NCBI GenBank assembly: GCA_964016885.1
Contig: CAXHJY010000424.1
Location: 132,086 to 196,085, forward strand
Direction of reading: 5' to 3'
Length of the DNA stretch: 64,000 nucleotides
Source: Eledone cirrhosa
Lineage: Eukaryota
Of the stretch, positions 1 through 12,805 are shown in pieces. Each line of letters begins with the position of its first letter. The stretch's first letter is position 1. Under the pieces are notes generated by a model, which was not told the origin of the DNA, did no database searches, and worked only from the letters and a program-made list of their open reading frames with translations. The position numbers and the translations under genes were made by a program.

Positions 1-51
1 GGTTATGTTTACGACCCCACTCGATCTTTCACTGGGTGGCTGAAGGCAATG

Positions 52-191
52 TATTTACCTGCTAAGGAACTATATGTCCTATGTGAGGGAAAATGCTTTC
101 TGAAAAGCCGATCTTTCCATTGGAAGTCCCTTGGATTTCCAATCTTTTGTGAGGCGAAACCGTCGGTAAAAGCAATATGGATAGGTAAATA
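52..191 (+). ncRNA. Type I hammerhead-like motif with long stem II (PLE pLTR-type)
   Basis: tgcttt(94-99)-CTGAAAA-gcc..attggaagtcc/ggatttccaat..ggc-GAAAC-cgtcg-GTA-aaagca(169-174); outer tatttacct/aggtaaata pairing; core has a C3/A8 mismatch. Confidence 0.6.
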
Positions 192-461
192 TTTAAATTG
201 TATTTTGAATATATTTTGAAAGATTTTAAAAATTTTGCTTGTTCCGCTCATCTTAATTATCTCTATCTCTCTATATATAAAACGGTAGATGTCTGTCTGT
301 GTGTGTGTATGATTTTTATGCATTTCCACATTTCTCTACCGATTTTGATGATTCTTTTTCCAATGTGCTCCAAATTTACCAGAGCAGGTCAACGCCTAAT
401 TACTTTTGCCAAAAATTTCCTGCTTCTATGAAAAGAAATCGCTAAAACTAAATAGATGCTG

Positions 462-756
462 TAACCCTCTCTCTTACACGCTTCATTCCTCTCAATCTCC
501 TCCGCAACTCTCTTTAAAAGGTTACTGCCTCGTCTCTGAAGGAACACGACACAAACTTTGATAACCCTCTCTCTTACACACTTCATTCCTCTCACTACCC
601 TCAATCTCCTCCGCAACTCTCTTTAAAAGGTTACTGCCTCCGTCTCTGAAGGAACGCGACACAAACTTTGATAACCCTCTCTCTTACACGCTTCATTCTT
701 CTCACTACCCTCAATCTCCTCTGCAACTCTCTTTAAAAGGTTACTGCCTCCGTCTC
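462..756. repeat. Tandem repeat, ~100-110 bp unit, ~3 copies, inside the Helitron 5' region
   Basis: taaccctctctcttacac recurs at 462, 562 and 672. Confidence 0.9.
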
Positions 757-1427
757 CATTACAGTTTAGAACAACGACAAATCTTCTCTCTCTATAATAG
801 ATCATTCACCCTCTTCGTTCGTCATACATCAAATATCAAAATTTAAAAAGCCGATAACACTAAATACATACTGCTCTCTCAACGTTACATTTTACATCAA
901 ATAACAAATATTCAAAAGCAACAGATGAATTTATAAAACAACAAACGTAACAATAACGATGCTTAAGCGTTCATTTACTTGAATCTCAACAAAGACATTA
1001 TATTTTATTGTTGTCCTTTTTCAAATTTTTCTTTCTTTGTTTTTCTCAATATGAGACAAAAAATTAATGAGAAAACTTTTTTAACGAACGTCCGATTTCG
1101 ATGATTTATTTTCCAGTGTGCTCCAAAATAACGCCCTGTTTACGCTCTTTTGTGCTATAACTCAGAGAGGCTTGGCTTACAGGTTTGACCTATTATTTGA
1201 CGTGCATTCTTCATAGATCTTACTTAGCACTCACTTTCCACTTACTCACCGTTCAATTGAAAGTTTTGGCTACTCCCCCTTTCATGCTCTGCATAAATAT
1301 TTACGTGTTCGGTCTCTGCATAAGTATTTACGTGTTCGGTCTTGCTACAATATAGTACTCACTTTAAACTAATTCAAAGTTCATTTGAAAATTTTCGCTA
1401 CCAAACACATTCTTTGAATCTGCGGTC

Positions 1428-2887
1428 ATGCCACCCCAAAAAAGACCACGACTTAGTCGCCAAACTAAAGCTGCTTCTGCTGCCAAACGAAGAAGAGCTA
1501 CAGACTTGTCCGTAGAAAAATTGACTCGGTTGTCACAAAATGCAACTCGAAATGCAATTACCCGGGCAACCGAGACAGAAAAAAAGAGGAGCACCCGCCT
1601 TTCCGGAAATGCATTTGTAACTGCAGTTGCACGTGCAGCGCAAACTGATGAACAGCATTCTCGACGACGAAGCAAAAGTGCGGCCTCCACCGCTGCGGCA
1701 CGTGACGGTGAGGACGAAGAACACCGTTACAGTCGACGACGAAGAGATGCCGCCTCAATTGCTGCGTCACGTGCTGCCGAGGACGAAGGGCAGCGTTCCA
1801 GACGTCAACGTACGGACGCCGCTTCAACAGCTTCCTTTCGCGCATCAGAGACTGCGCAAATTCAATTACAAAGGCTAAACGCCAACGCACTCCGCAGGAT
1901 TGCTAAACGAGGTACACAGAGGATCAGTTGCACTCAGTGGTCTCATAAGGCTTTCCACTATGACCCAACAGTAAACTATGCACTGATGCCAGAAGTTCAG
2001 ATTGGATCCATGTCTGTCATTTGCCAATGTTGTCGAGCAAAAGAAATGGCCTGGGGAGACTTCAGGGATGTGCTGCTCTGACGGCAAAGTGAAACTGCCT
2101 CCTCTACAGGAACCACCACAACCTTTGAAGTCTCTACTGACCGGTGCCACAGCGGAGTCAGAACACTTCCTTCGATGTTCCAGGAGATACAACGCTGCCT
2201 TCCAAATGACCTCTTTCGGAGCTAACATCATACGCGAGGACGGTTTCATGCCTACCTTTAAAGTTCAAGGACAAATTTACCACAGAATCGGCTCGATACT
2301 GCCCACGACAGACGGACAGCCCCAGTTGCTACAGCTATACTTTGTCACTGACTATTTGGACCAAGCGGAACGACACGCTTCAATTTCGCCTGGCACAGAC
2401 ATGAAAATTCTGTTGCAACTCCAGAGAATGCTGCACGAAAACAACAACTACAATCGCAGTTTTAAATGCGCATTGGAGGCTGCTCCGTTGCCAAATTTTG
2501 CTGTTATAATCGACGCTGACAGGAAGCCACCAGGCACCCACGCCAGACGTTTTAACACTCCCACGTGCAATGAAATAGCTGTGCTTCTTCATGGAGAACA
2601 GTACAACCAAGCGGGACATCATACTTCAGTGTAAGGCCAATAGTCTGCAACGGATCAGCGAGACGCATAGGTCCTACGACGCATTCCAATATCCCCTACT
2701 TTTCCCATTCGGTGACGACGGATACCACTTTGGAATTCCTTTGTGCAACAGCAACAAAACTGTTTCCTCTATGCAATTCTACACCTACCGATTCATGGCC
2801 CGCGAATGCTGCTTTAACCAACTCCACCGTGCAAGAGTACTCTTCAACCAGCTTGCTGTAGACGCATGCGCAAAGATGGAATCATAA
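1428..2887 (+). pseudogene. Helitron Rep/helicase N-terminal region, frameshifted and truncated
   Basis: R/A/E-rich ~21-aa repeats, CCSDGKVKLPPL, YNAAFQMTSFG, FKVQGQIYHRIGS, QLYF, HRSYDAFQYPLLFPFGDDGYH, spread over three frames. Confidence 0.9.
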
Positions 2888-3381
2888 GTGTATGCAAGTT
2901 AAGTTTCTGGAAGATCGAACAGTGGATTTACTTTCTCAACAGGCTTTCGTTCTGACGCCAGTCCGGTAGTGATGCCACATGTTACTCCAAAGGGAGGTAA
3001 CCCCGGTTTATGGCGGTCAAATTCAAATTATGAGCAATGGAATAGGTTCCGTACACAAACTGAATTAAGCACTCAACCAGACCGTTATTAAACAAACATA
3101 AATAATTAACCAATCAATAGAATTGTCTAAATGAATTAATCAATTAATCATTAGGTCTAGGAGATAGTAATACAATATATATAAAAGAGCCACAGAATGT
3201 TATAATAAACCTACAAAAGTGTGGGACTAGAGTTGTTACTCAAAAATATTGTATTCATTATCTATCGTACATTCTGTGGCATCCTTTATAAAAATATCAC
3301 AATAAATAAATCTATGTTTAATGTAATAACAGCTATAAATAATTACGTAATATTATTATCATATACTTACCATGAGATCAT

Positions 3382-3570
3382 GGCGGTGGATTGGCAGTAT
3401 CGGTAGAGGGTCGGACGCCATGCTTTCCAGCATAGTTACGTCCCTTTACGATCTGAGTTCAAATCCCGCCGAGGTTGACTTTGCCTTTCATCCTTACGGG
3501 GTCGATAAAATAAAGTACCAGTAATGCACTGGGTAATTGCTGGCCTTGTGCCTAAAGTAGAAACAATTAT
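3382..3570 (+). mobile_element. tRNA-derived SINE (octopus-type)
   Basis: A box tggcagtatcgg, B box gagttcaaatc, central gactttgcctttcatcc..gggtcgataaa..aagtaccag domain. Confidence 0.85.
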
Positions 3571-3921
3571 TATCATATACTCATAGTAACAAAACAATTG
3601 TGTTGAAAATTAATATGATGCTTATATGAACGATCAAATCTATAATGATAATTTTATAAATATACTAATATTAAAATAATTTAGTTATATATTTACATTT
3701 TCATCGAACTATAACATTAACAATTATATTGTATCATCAAATTTTTATCACTGCAAACTTTCATATTGGAATTACCTTAAGCCATTTATCATTACTTCGC
3801 TTTCGTACTTTTACAGATGTAGATATTCGGCTGTATCTTATATCTAATATCATGATCTCATGGTAATTTGCATGCAGTGTAAAATAGGTTTATTAATAAC
3901 TTTAATATGAAATGTATTATA

Positions 3922-4009
3922 CAGGGCTGCGGAGTCGGCCAAAAATTGACTGGCTCCAACTCCTTATCCGATACTCCATTATTTCCTAAATTTCAGCTCC
4001 GCAGCCCTG
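3922..4009. mobile_element. 88-bp MITE, hAT-like
   Basis: TIRs cagggctgcggag/ctccgcagccctg; flanks gtattata and ttattata (7/8-bp TSD). Confidence 0.75.
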
Positions 4010-4080
4010 TTATTATAATAATTTATTTATTTTATAGTTGTAAATCATATTTTTATGTTACACTCTAAGAATGAACTAAG

Positions 4081-4191
4081 TAATATAGTGTAAAAAGAAA
4101 GGCATGGTTGGTTTAAGCTAATGTCCAATATCTCATATTAGATGTTTAGTAATGATTAATACGAAATGCACTTAAACCGAATTCTATATTA
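4081..4191 (+). ncRNA. Degenerate hammerhead-like motif
   Basis: ggtttaag-ctaatgt..gaaatgca-cttaaacc with outer taatatag/ctatatta pairing; core eroded and stem II unclear. Confidence 0.3.
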
Positions 4192-4299
4192 TAAATTCAC
4201 TTAATTAATTATCGTGTCGTCTTGAGTTCCTTATGAGTCTCTTTTTTTATAAACGGATGCTACAGATTTTATAAAAAAAGAGACTATGAGTATATGATA

Positions 4300-4491
4300 A
4301 TAATTGTTTCTACTTTTCGCACAAGGCCAGCAATTACTCCAGTGCATTACTGGTACTTTACTTTATCGACCCCGGAAGGATGAAAGGCAAAGTTAACCTC
4401 GGCGGGATTTGAATTCAGATCATACAGGGAGGTAACTCTATGCTTCAAAGCATGGCATCCGACCCTCTACCGATACTGCCAATCCACCGCC
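4300..4491 (-). mobile_element. tRNA-derived SINE, inverted copy
   Basis: Reverse complement of 3382-3570. Confidence 0.85.
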
Positions 4492-5005
4492 TTATATATG
4501 ATAATAGTATATGATAATAATATTACGTAATTATTTATAGCTATTATTACATTAAACATAGATGTATTTATTGTGATATTTTAATAAAGGATGCCACAGA
4601 ATGTACGAGAGATAATGATTACAATATTTTTGAGTAACAACTCTAGTCCCACACCTTTGAAGGTTCATTATAACATTCTGTGGCTCTTTTGAGCTTGCAC
4701 ATTTTTCATGTCTAGTTTAATATTTTTTTAAGGCAACGCTTGTAATAACTCTAGTTAAACATGATATATATTAATAATAAATTATCGTTGTAATGTAATT
4801 AGATTATATAATTGTTATTATAAATGATCTTATAAATATTAGTGTAAGATGTATAAAAATATTTTCAGACTTTTAATATAAGTAACAACAAAAAACAATC
4901 AATATTAAATCAATATATTATGCCTTGGTAATATATAACACAATCGGTACAGTATATTGAATAAATATTATATATATATATATGTGTGTGTGTTTGTGTG
5001 TATGT

Positions 5006-5059
<54 letters not shown>

Positions 5060-5101
5060 TCATATATTTTTCTATTTATCCTCCCCCTCTCTCTCAATAC
5101 T

Positions 5102-5147
<46 letters not shown>

Positions 5148-5395
5148 AAAAAGCGGATGCAACAGTTTTGTTTTAAATAAACATATATTCCTGTTTCTTG
5201 TAAAGAACATTTAATTTTTGTACTATTGCACGCGAAATAATGCAAAGGTTTAATAGGGAAGGTATAACTTACCACTGATGTTGCTAACTTTTTAACGCTT
5301 TGTAAGTATACAAATGTAGTACAGTGCAAATGAAACTACTAAAGAAATGGAACCAACAATTGGAATTCAATTTGAATGGCATCTACTTATAGTGA

Positions 5396-5452
5396 CAGTG
5401 TATTACTGGTACTTTATTTTATCGACCCCGTAAGGATGAAAGGCAAAGTTAA
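5396..5452 (-). mobile_element. SINE central-domain fragment
   Basis: ctggtactttattttatcgaccccgtaaggatgaaaggcaaagt. Confidence 0.75.
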
Positions 5453-5559
5453 TACTGACAATAATGCAAATGTGTAATAGTGAAAATTTGCGCTTTTTCA
5501 ATAATTTATCGTCTGCTCACGTTGCATTAAAGGGAAATAACTCGTCTCTCAACTGTAGT

Positions 5560-5712
5560 TATACATTTTAACTGAAACATCAATATTACACATTCGATTT
5601 GAAATTTTTTTGACCGATCTCTCCGCTGGAGCTTAATCTATAAGTTTAGATGTGTGGCGACCGTTTTAGTAGACAGACAGGCAGACAGACAACCTCAGTT
5701 TTATATATATAT
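5560..5712 (-). mobile_element. Probable non-autonomous Helitron 5' end
   Basis: Minus strand tatatataaaactgaggttgtctgtctg resembles tctatatatataaaactgatgttgtctgtg at 32134; no matching 3' end found. Confidence 0.45.
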
Positions 5713-7447
5713 ATATACATATCAAAGATTTTTAAACGCGTGTGACACAAATTTTTACAATGTTTTTAGAAAAATTATTTTTACAAATATTTACAAAGTG
5801 CAGTTTGTATTACAATCGGAACTCTGCCTACTCGATTGCAATATATAAAGAGGATCAAGATACAAAGATATATTTCTTTATTTGGCAAAAGGGCGCACAA
5901 AAATGGGACATTACAGAACATGAATATACGCTATTTTGAAGTGTTTAAAAAATGTTTAAAAACAAAAATTTAGAATCGTTTTGTACAAACGATAAATTTA
6001 AAAATATTTGTACAAACTTTTACGATAGACTTTCATCTTATTTATTGACCCCCTAACCCTAACGTCAATATATTACATTTGTTTTAAAAATAGTTAATAT
6101 AAATTTTTAAAAATCATATAACGACGAAATAACAAAAAATAAATGAACTAGGAAAACAAACAAAAAAACATGGCGGATGCTTTTGAGCAACACTTACTCT
6201 GATTGGTTGAAAATTAGCCAATGGCATGTAATCACCACGGCCACGGCCAGACCTTGAAAAAAAAATTTACGATCTACACATATATGTTAGAACACTAAGT
6301 GACTAAAACATTCTGTTGTTAGTCACTTCGTGTCTAATATATAAACGTAAGAACATTAACAAATAGAGGAAAAGACAACGAACGGAAACCAGGCAACACG
6401 AAAAATAACTTTTTAAGAGAAAGAGAAAACCTTAAAAATATATTTAATAAAAAAATACAAACAAAGCCACAGAACTCCAGGGTCATCGACCGTTGAGATG
6501 AACTTTGGTAGTTTCGGCCCCTAACAATGGTATTGCTGGTCCAGCAGGGGTCACAGCTTTTGACACAAGCCAAACGATGTCCACTGGAGTGTGGCTGCAC
6601 CAATAATTCTACCTCAAAGTTTAACGTAAATTCTGAGGCAGAATATGTGGTACAGGCACACATGCACACACACACACATACACACATACATACACACACA
6701 CACATATATATACATACATACACATACACACACACACATACATACACACACATGCACACTCTCTCAGACATACACACATACACTAATTTCAATACTGAGT
6801 GGAGAATTCAATGCTACGAGACATATATATTAGAGAGAAACTCTAGCGCCCCCTTTTCTCACGTCTATTAAATGTTCAGTTGTCTCCCCTGCACTTTTCA
6901 TTTATTCTTACAATTAATACACAACTATTAGTCTACCTCTTTACCATTTCCGTTGTTCGTTATTCCAACACATGATTTCCTCTCTTTTTTAACACTCACC
7001 ATTTGTTTGTTGAATAAAATATGATTTTATCAGATTATAACTAAATACACAATGAATAGATTATTCAATGAAGGAAACATTTCAATTAGCTGATAGATTT
7101 GGTTACATATAGCTATGTGGTAGTGACTTTTGGTGTCTTTGGCCCTAGGACCACTTCCCTACTCACCACTATCGATACGGAGTTGACCACCCATAGGTGT
7201 GAGCCTTGTTAGCTGGAATGGCTCTTCCAACGTGACTCCCACACCACTCTTCGGGGAAACGCCTTCTCTATTCTGTCCACTGGGGCCGCTGAGAGATCAG
7301 CGCGTGGGGAGAGCGAGAGAGACAAAGGCAGTGAGTGAAAGAGGGAGAACATTATCACTTATTTATTTATTTGTATCTGCCTGTGGGAGGAAATATAAAA
7401 GTGTTATAAAATTGTATTCATTTTGTGGTGGTTATTTAAAGAAAATA

Positions 7448-10400
7448 TCATGTCCCGATAAAGGGGGGTGTAAGAGCCTCAAACAGTTAATCGACCGATT
7501 TGACCTGGCCGATAGATATCGACTAGATTTTCCGACTGTGCCACTGTGGACGTGGACTAATCGTAGCGGAACATCTAGATCGTACCTAGATAGGGTTCTA
7601 GTTAGAAATAAGGATAGGGACATGTTAAGGTGTCCACAAATGTTCATGGTTGCCTATTCAGATCACAAACTAGTGACCTGCATGGCCAACCTTGATAGAA
7701 CCCATAGACAAGGACCCGGCTACTGGAAGCTGAACTTGTCGTTACCGACAAGCAAAGCCTACAGTAGACGGATTAGCACTTTAGTTAAACAGCACTTGAC
7801 AGGGGCCATTGTCAACAACAGATGGTGGTACTCTCTCAAGAGGGCAGTTAGATTAGACTCGTTAGTTTTTAGTAAAGAATTAACGTGAGATAGAAATAGA
7901 ACCGAAAAGGAACTGGTAGATAAAGTAGAAGTGGCAATGTAGCCAGCGTGCTAGCAACGAGAACAGCCTTGGACTAGTTCTTCGACGCAAAGTACGCGGG
8001 TGCGTTTTCAGAAGCAAAATACGTGCTCTGGGAAACGAGGGAGCCAAAGCTGTTAGCTGGGCCCGAGTGACGGAGGCAAAAGTGGCAACAAGTCCACGAT
8101 TCGTTCTTTGAAGGACCAAAACAGACGCATGATACGTGAGCCGAAGCAGATGTGTGCGGCCTTTCAGCGGCACTTTGCTCAACTGTTCGGGCGGGGCGGG
8201 GTGCCGGGAGGGGCTATGGATTTCGGTACATACCTCGACGGCCTACCGCGACTCCTCTCGGACAGCGAGGCAAAGTTCTGCGAAAAGCCGATTTCAGCCG
8301 CTGAGATAGGGGACGCGCTGAGCCAATGCGGCAAACGCAAATCTCCAGGTCTCGACGGTCTACCCTACGAATTTTACGTAGCAATGCCGGACTTATTCTC
8401 CGGTCTCCTGGAAGCGGTCTACTGCAACTGGCAACAGAACGGGAGAATTTCCAGTTCTGTAACCGGGGGCGTAGTCACACTAGTCAGGAAGGACGAGAAT
8501 AAGGGGGATGACATAGGCAACTTCCGGTCCATAACTCTGCTAAACACAGAGTTACAGATTTTGGCCAAGGTGTTGGCAAAGAGGCTGGCGCTTGTCGTCG
8601 AGAACCTGGTGGGAGAAGCGCAGACATGCGCAATCCCGACCAGGTCCATACACTACAACCTCCACCTCATGCGATACATCATAGAGAGGGTAGGTGTAAA
8701 CCCGGCTTCGGTGGGGCCCTGATCAACTTGGATCAGTGTAAGGCTTTTGATAGGGTTGACCATCGTTACCTGGATGCGGTGCTTGAGGCGGCAGGCTTCG
8801 GACCCGTGTTCAGGGGCTGGATTGCTGCAATGCACAACAGCAACATCTGCTCAAGGGTCAAGGTGAACGGCTACCTCTCGGAGCCGTTCCATATTACGCG
8901 ATCCATTCGACAGGGATGCCCTCTCTCCTCCCTTCTCTACGTACTGACTCTCGAGCCACTACTGCGGAAGTTGGAGCTATTGCAGGGCATCCCTCTGGAA
9001 CCGGGACCGCGGAAAGCGGCGTCGGCCTACGCCGACGACGTGCCAGTAATCGTGTCGAGCGCCTCGCAAATCGAGGAAGTCGGCACCTTACTGAAGGAAT
9101 ACGAAAGTTTCACAGGAGCGAAGCTGAACCGCGACAAGTCCATCGGTTTGCAAATCGGATCGTGGAGAGGCAAACCGATGCCTTCCGATGGCGTCGTTGG
9201 ACGCTGGACGGAAGGACCGGTAAAGCTGCTCGGGGTCTGGTTTGGTCCGGACCTCCAGGTGGAGAAGAACTGGAACGAAGTGACGGCCAAGGTGTTTTCA
9301 CTCACCCAGAAGTGGGTCGAGTGCAAACTATTCTTGAAAGGTCGAGCGAAGGTGGCGAACACTTTTATAGCCGCCATCTACTACCGCTTGACCGTCGTGC
9401 CTTGTCCAGCCAAAACGCTCTCCAAAATGGAGCGCGCGCTCTTCCAATTCCTTTGGAAGAGGCGGGCTCCTTTGGTGAGAAGATCCATCTGCTGCCAACA
9501 CTCTTCTAACGGAGGGCTGGGGATGCCGTGGTTGATTATGCGCAAACACACGCTCAGGCTGCGGCATCTCTACGTATTCCTCACCGGACACCCGGTGTGG
9601 GCCCCGTTCGTGAGGCGAGCCTTCCCATGACATGTCTCGCTGACCGAGCTGCAGTCCTGGATCAAGAAAAGACCGAGGAAAATGGGCGACTGGCACATCG
9701 AATGTGCTCAGGCGCTCACAGCTCTCTGGCAGGCGGACCCGGCGATCAGTGGAGACTTCACTTCGTCATTCTATAGAGGGTTGATCCGCAGCAAGTGCGA
9801 CGACGCGCTCGGTGAAACTCTAGGCGTAGAGGAAGATGAACTGGCCAGTCTGTTCAATAGGACCTTCCGCCCGGGACCAATGGACAACTTCCAAAAGTCC
9901 CTGGCCTGGCAGTGCTACCGAGGAGCTCTACCAGTTGGAGACAAGCTCTACAGACATGGGCGCCCGGGAAGGGACTCTGCAAAAAAGATCTGTCCGAGGT
10001 GCGTGCGTAACAAAGAAACCGTCGCGCACGCATTCATACACTGCCCGGGCGCCACTGACCTGTGGGGCTATGTAGAACGACTATTGTCGCGGGTGGGACC
10101 AATCCGGTTGACCACCGAGTCCATTGTCATGATCAAACCGCCACCCTCCTTCAAAAACGAAGGAGAGGCGGTTTTCCTTTGTGTGATAGCTATGGCGAAA
10201 GAGGTTGTATGGTGGACAAGGTTGAAAGGGCTGAGGTCAGACACCTTTCTCTCCGGCCAACAACTGATTCTTTTTTTCAAATACCACTTTGGAAGAAGAA
10301 TCAGGATGGAGAGAGAGGTGCTGTACCCCAGCAAGTTTTATGAAAGATGGGTGAAAGTGGCGAGAATGGCCCGAGTGAATGGGCCTTCTCTCTATATTAG

Positions 10401-10645
10401 CCTGTAGGTTGAGGAAAAGGAGGAGGAGAGGAAAGGAATACAAACTGTTCGTACTCCTGGAGTTGAGGGTTGCACATTTTTTCGGGGGTATGTGTTACCC
10501 ATATGAGCTGTCTCCCCTTATAGGGGAAAATCGACTAATTTTTTAAATTGCATTTGTGATAACAATTTACACGTTTTTATTGTATGTAAACTTCCCCCTT
10601 TGTATTTGTCCCCTTATTTTGTGCCCCTGTGGCTAATAAAGAAAC
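7448..10645 (+). mobile_element. L1/Tx1-clade LINE, 5'-truncated copy 1 (ORF2 pseudogene plus 3' UTR)
   Basis: End of APE endonuclease (SYLDRV, SDHK), RT (KSPGLDG, KAFDRVDH, RQGCPLS, YADD), C-terminal CxxC..HAFIHC; stops and frameshifts; aataaa at ~10634. Confidence 0.93.
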
Positions 10646-11237
10646 ATATCAATCTCTCTTTCTGTCTGACGCGTGGAACATCGCCGGTAAGCTTTTTTGT
10701 TAATTTCTATACAAAAAACCGAACTAATTGTTTGAAAAAACATAACATTTTGTAGATTAATCCCCAAGCTGAATTGTCAGCTGGGCGGTAATCCCATTTT
10801 TCGCCCCTGTAGGGGCGAACATTTTATTTTAAAAATTTGTTTTAAAATATCAGATTTTATAAACTAAATAACTTGAGCAACACAAACACGCTGGAGAACG
10901 TTAATAGATAAAAGAGAGAGAAAGAGGCAGATATTAACGTTATATCTGCTTCTGCTACTCTGGACGTCGCCATAGATACGACTGTCAACAAAGAAAAAAA
11001 AAAGTATTACCACTTGAAGATTTTAAAATTTCTACCGTCGAAGCGGAAAAAAATAACAATAACATACAGGAAAACACAGGAATTAAACCCATTAACATAC
11101 ATACACATGAAAAAGACATCAACAACTCTACAGATACATCTACACATAATGTTTCACCTCGACAAAGAACTGAGATTTCCAACACCGAGGCTAACAACGA
11201 TAACAACAACAACAGCAACACCACACAAAAAAAGAAA

Positions 11238-12410
11238 ATGTCTTTCGCTGAAACTGAACAAAAAACAAGATTTTATAAATCTTGATATCTCCAACGCAAG
11301 AGATATGCTCCAGCAAGGGAGAAAATTTGTAACTTTCGAAGAAAGAGGTGGGTTTAGAATTAACTCACCCCTTGAAATAAAGGAAGACACGATTCGCAGA
11401 TCAGTCACCTTTAGGACTGTGTCAAATTCCACAAGAAAGCCGACATTTGTTAACCAAGCAGATATAGAAGATACTTTCAAGGAAATTCTAGCAAATGTCG
11501 ATTTTCTCCAGCGAGGAAAACAGTACGAAAGTGTTTCCGTACTGTTTAAAAGCGAGGCACTCGCCCCAAAACACTCTGTGACACCAATCTGTCAAAAGCA
11601 TACACCTTTTTCCCTACATACATGGGAAAAAGGACACAAAAAATAAAAATAAAAAACATACCTCCAAACATTAACATCTGGTGGATCTTGGCTGGCTTCG
11701 TAGAGCCAGAAACTGATATGATTATTTCGATACGAAAATCTATTCGACAAAGGTGGGCGGGTACAGATTTGGAGATTCTGTTGCAAATGAAACCGGAGAA
11801 AATCTCTAAAATACCCGAAAGGGTCGTTATCGATAATAACAACAAAATAAACATTTCGGTCGAAGGACGAAAATTTCATTGCTTTCGCTGTGGTAGCACA
11901 GCACACCTAAAAGCCTCTTGTCCACAAACACACAACAACAACATCATTAAAAAAACATTATTACCAACACCAACACCAAAACAACCACCACCACCACAAG
12001 TACAACGACAGACGAAACGAGCAACCTCACCAAAACAAACGGACACTCAACCAACAACAACAGAAAAAACAGAGACAACACCCCTGAAGAACACAGCCCC
12101 ACTCCATCCAACTCCATCAAACACTACCACAAACACACACACCGAAACACCACCACCACACAACATACCCTTACCCCACACACCTGACGATGATTGTTCA
12201 TCGACGGATGAAGCTGCTTCTCCTTTAAGTGAAGAAGAGGGAGAACCGCGGAAATCTAAAAAACAAAAAAAAGAGACACCACAAAACCCCCAAAACTCCA
12301 ATCACCAACACCAACACACAACCACAGACACAAACAACACCACAGTCAAACATCCCCCTATCAGCAAAACCAGTACCATCACCACCCCAAACACAAGCAC
12401 CCACCATTAA
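11238..12410 (+). pseudogene. LINE ORF1 (gag-like, CCHC zinc knuckle), frameshifted
   Basis: CFRCGSTAHLKASC knuckle followed by a P/T-rich low-complexity tail; start approximate. Confidence 0.8.
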
Positions 12411-12805
12411 AAGAAAACTCCCGGACGGACAACAAACTAAAACAACAACAAAAACACAAACAACAATACGCATACATCAACACAAACAACAAGAGTTTGA
12501 TGGAGGTCATCTCCCAAAACCCCAAGGTGGAGACGGAGGGCAAAACTTTCGTCAAGGCGGAATCGTCTCCACACCTTAAACTTATAAGGGTTTCTATGGA
12601 AATCTATAATGACCTAAAAAATAAATTTTCACAGGACGTGGGCAACCCCTGCCACAAACCCATCAACCGCGTCCTGTTAAAATGTTTCCCCACCCCACCC
12701 AACACCCCATCCAGCACCCAAATGGAGATTGAACAACCCGATCTCCAGGAAACGAAAAGGTAAGTGCACCTTTCGTCACTTTTTCTCCAATTTTTCTTCA
12801 CCAAC

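Larger units (their letters stand above)
260..2887 (+). mobile_element. Helitron, 5' part (3'-truncated)
   Basis: A|TC..ctatatataaaa..gtctgtctgtgtg 5' end at ~260-266, similar to the Helitron end at 32134; followed by RepHel coding remnants. Confidence 0.8.
3183..4690. repeat. Large inverted repeat (arms ~3183-3585 and ~4285-4690), each arm containing a SINE
   Basis: aaaagagccacagaatgttata.. at 3183 is the reverse complement of ..tataacattctgtggctctttt ending at 4690. Confidence 0.85.

Noticed and set aside
3382-3470. tRNA gene
   Set aside because: A and B boxes are present but there is no cloverleaf; it is a SINE head
7130-7330. GC-rich patch as snRNA gene or host exon
   Set aside because: No recognisable RNA family motif or splice support; left unassigned
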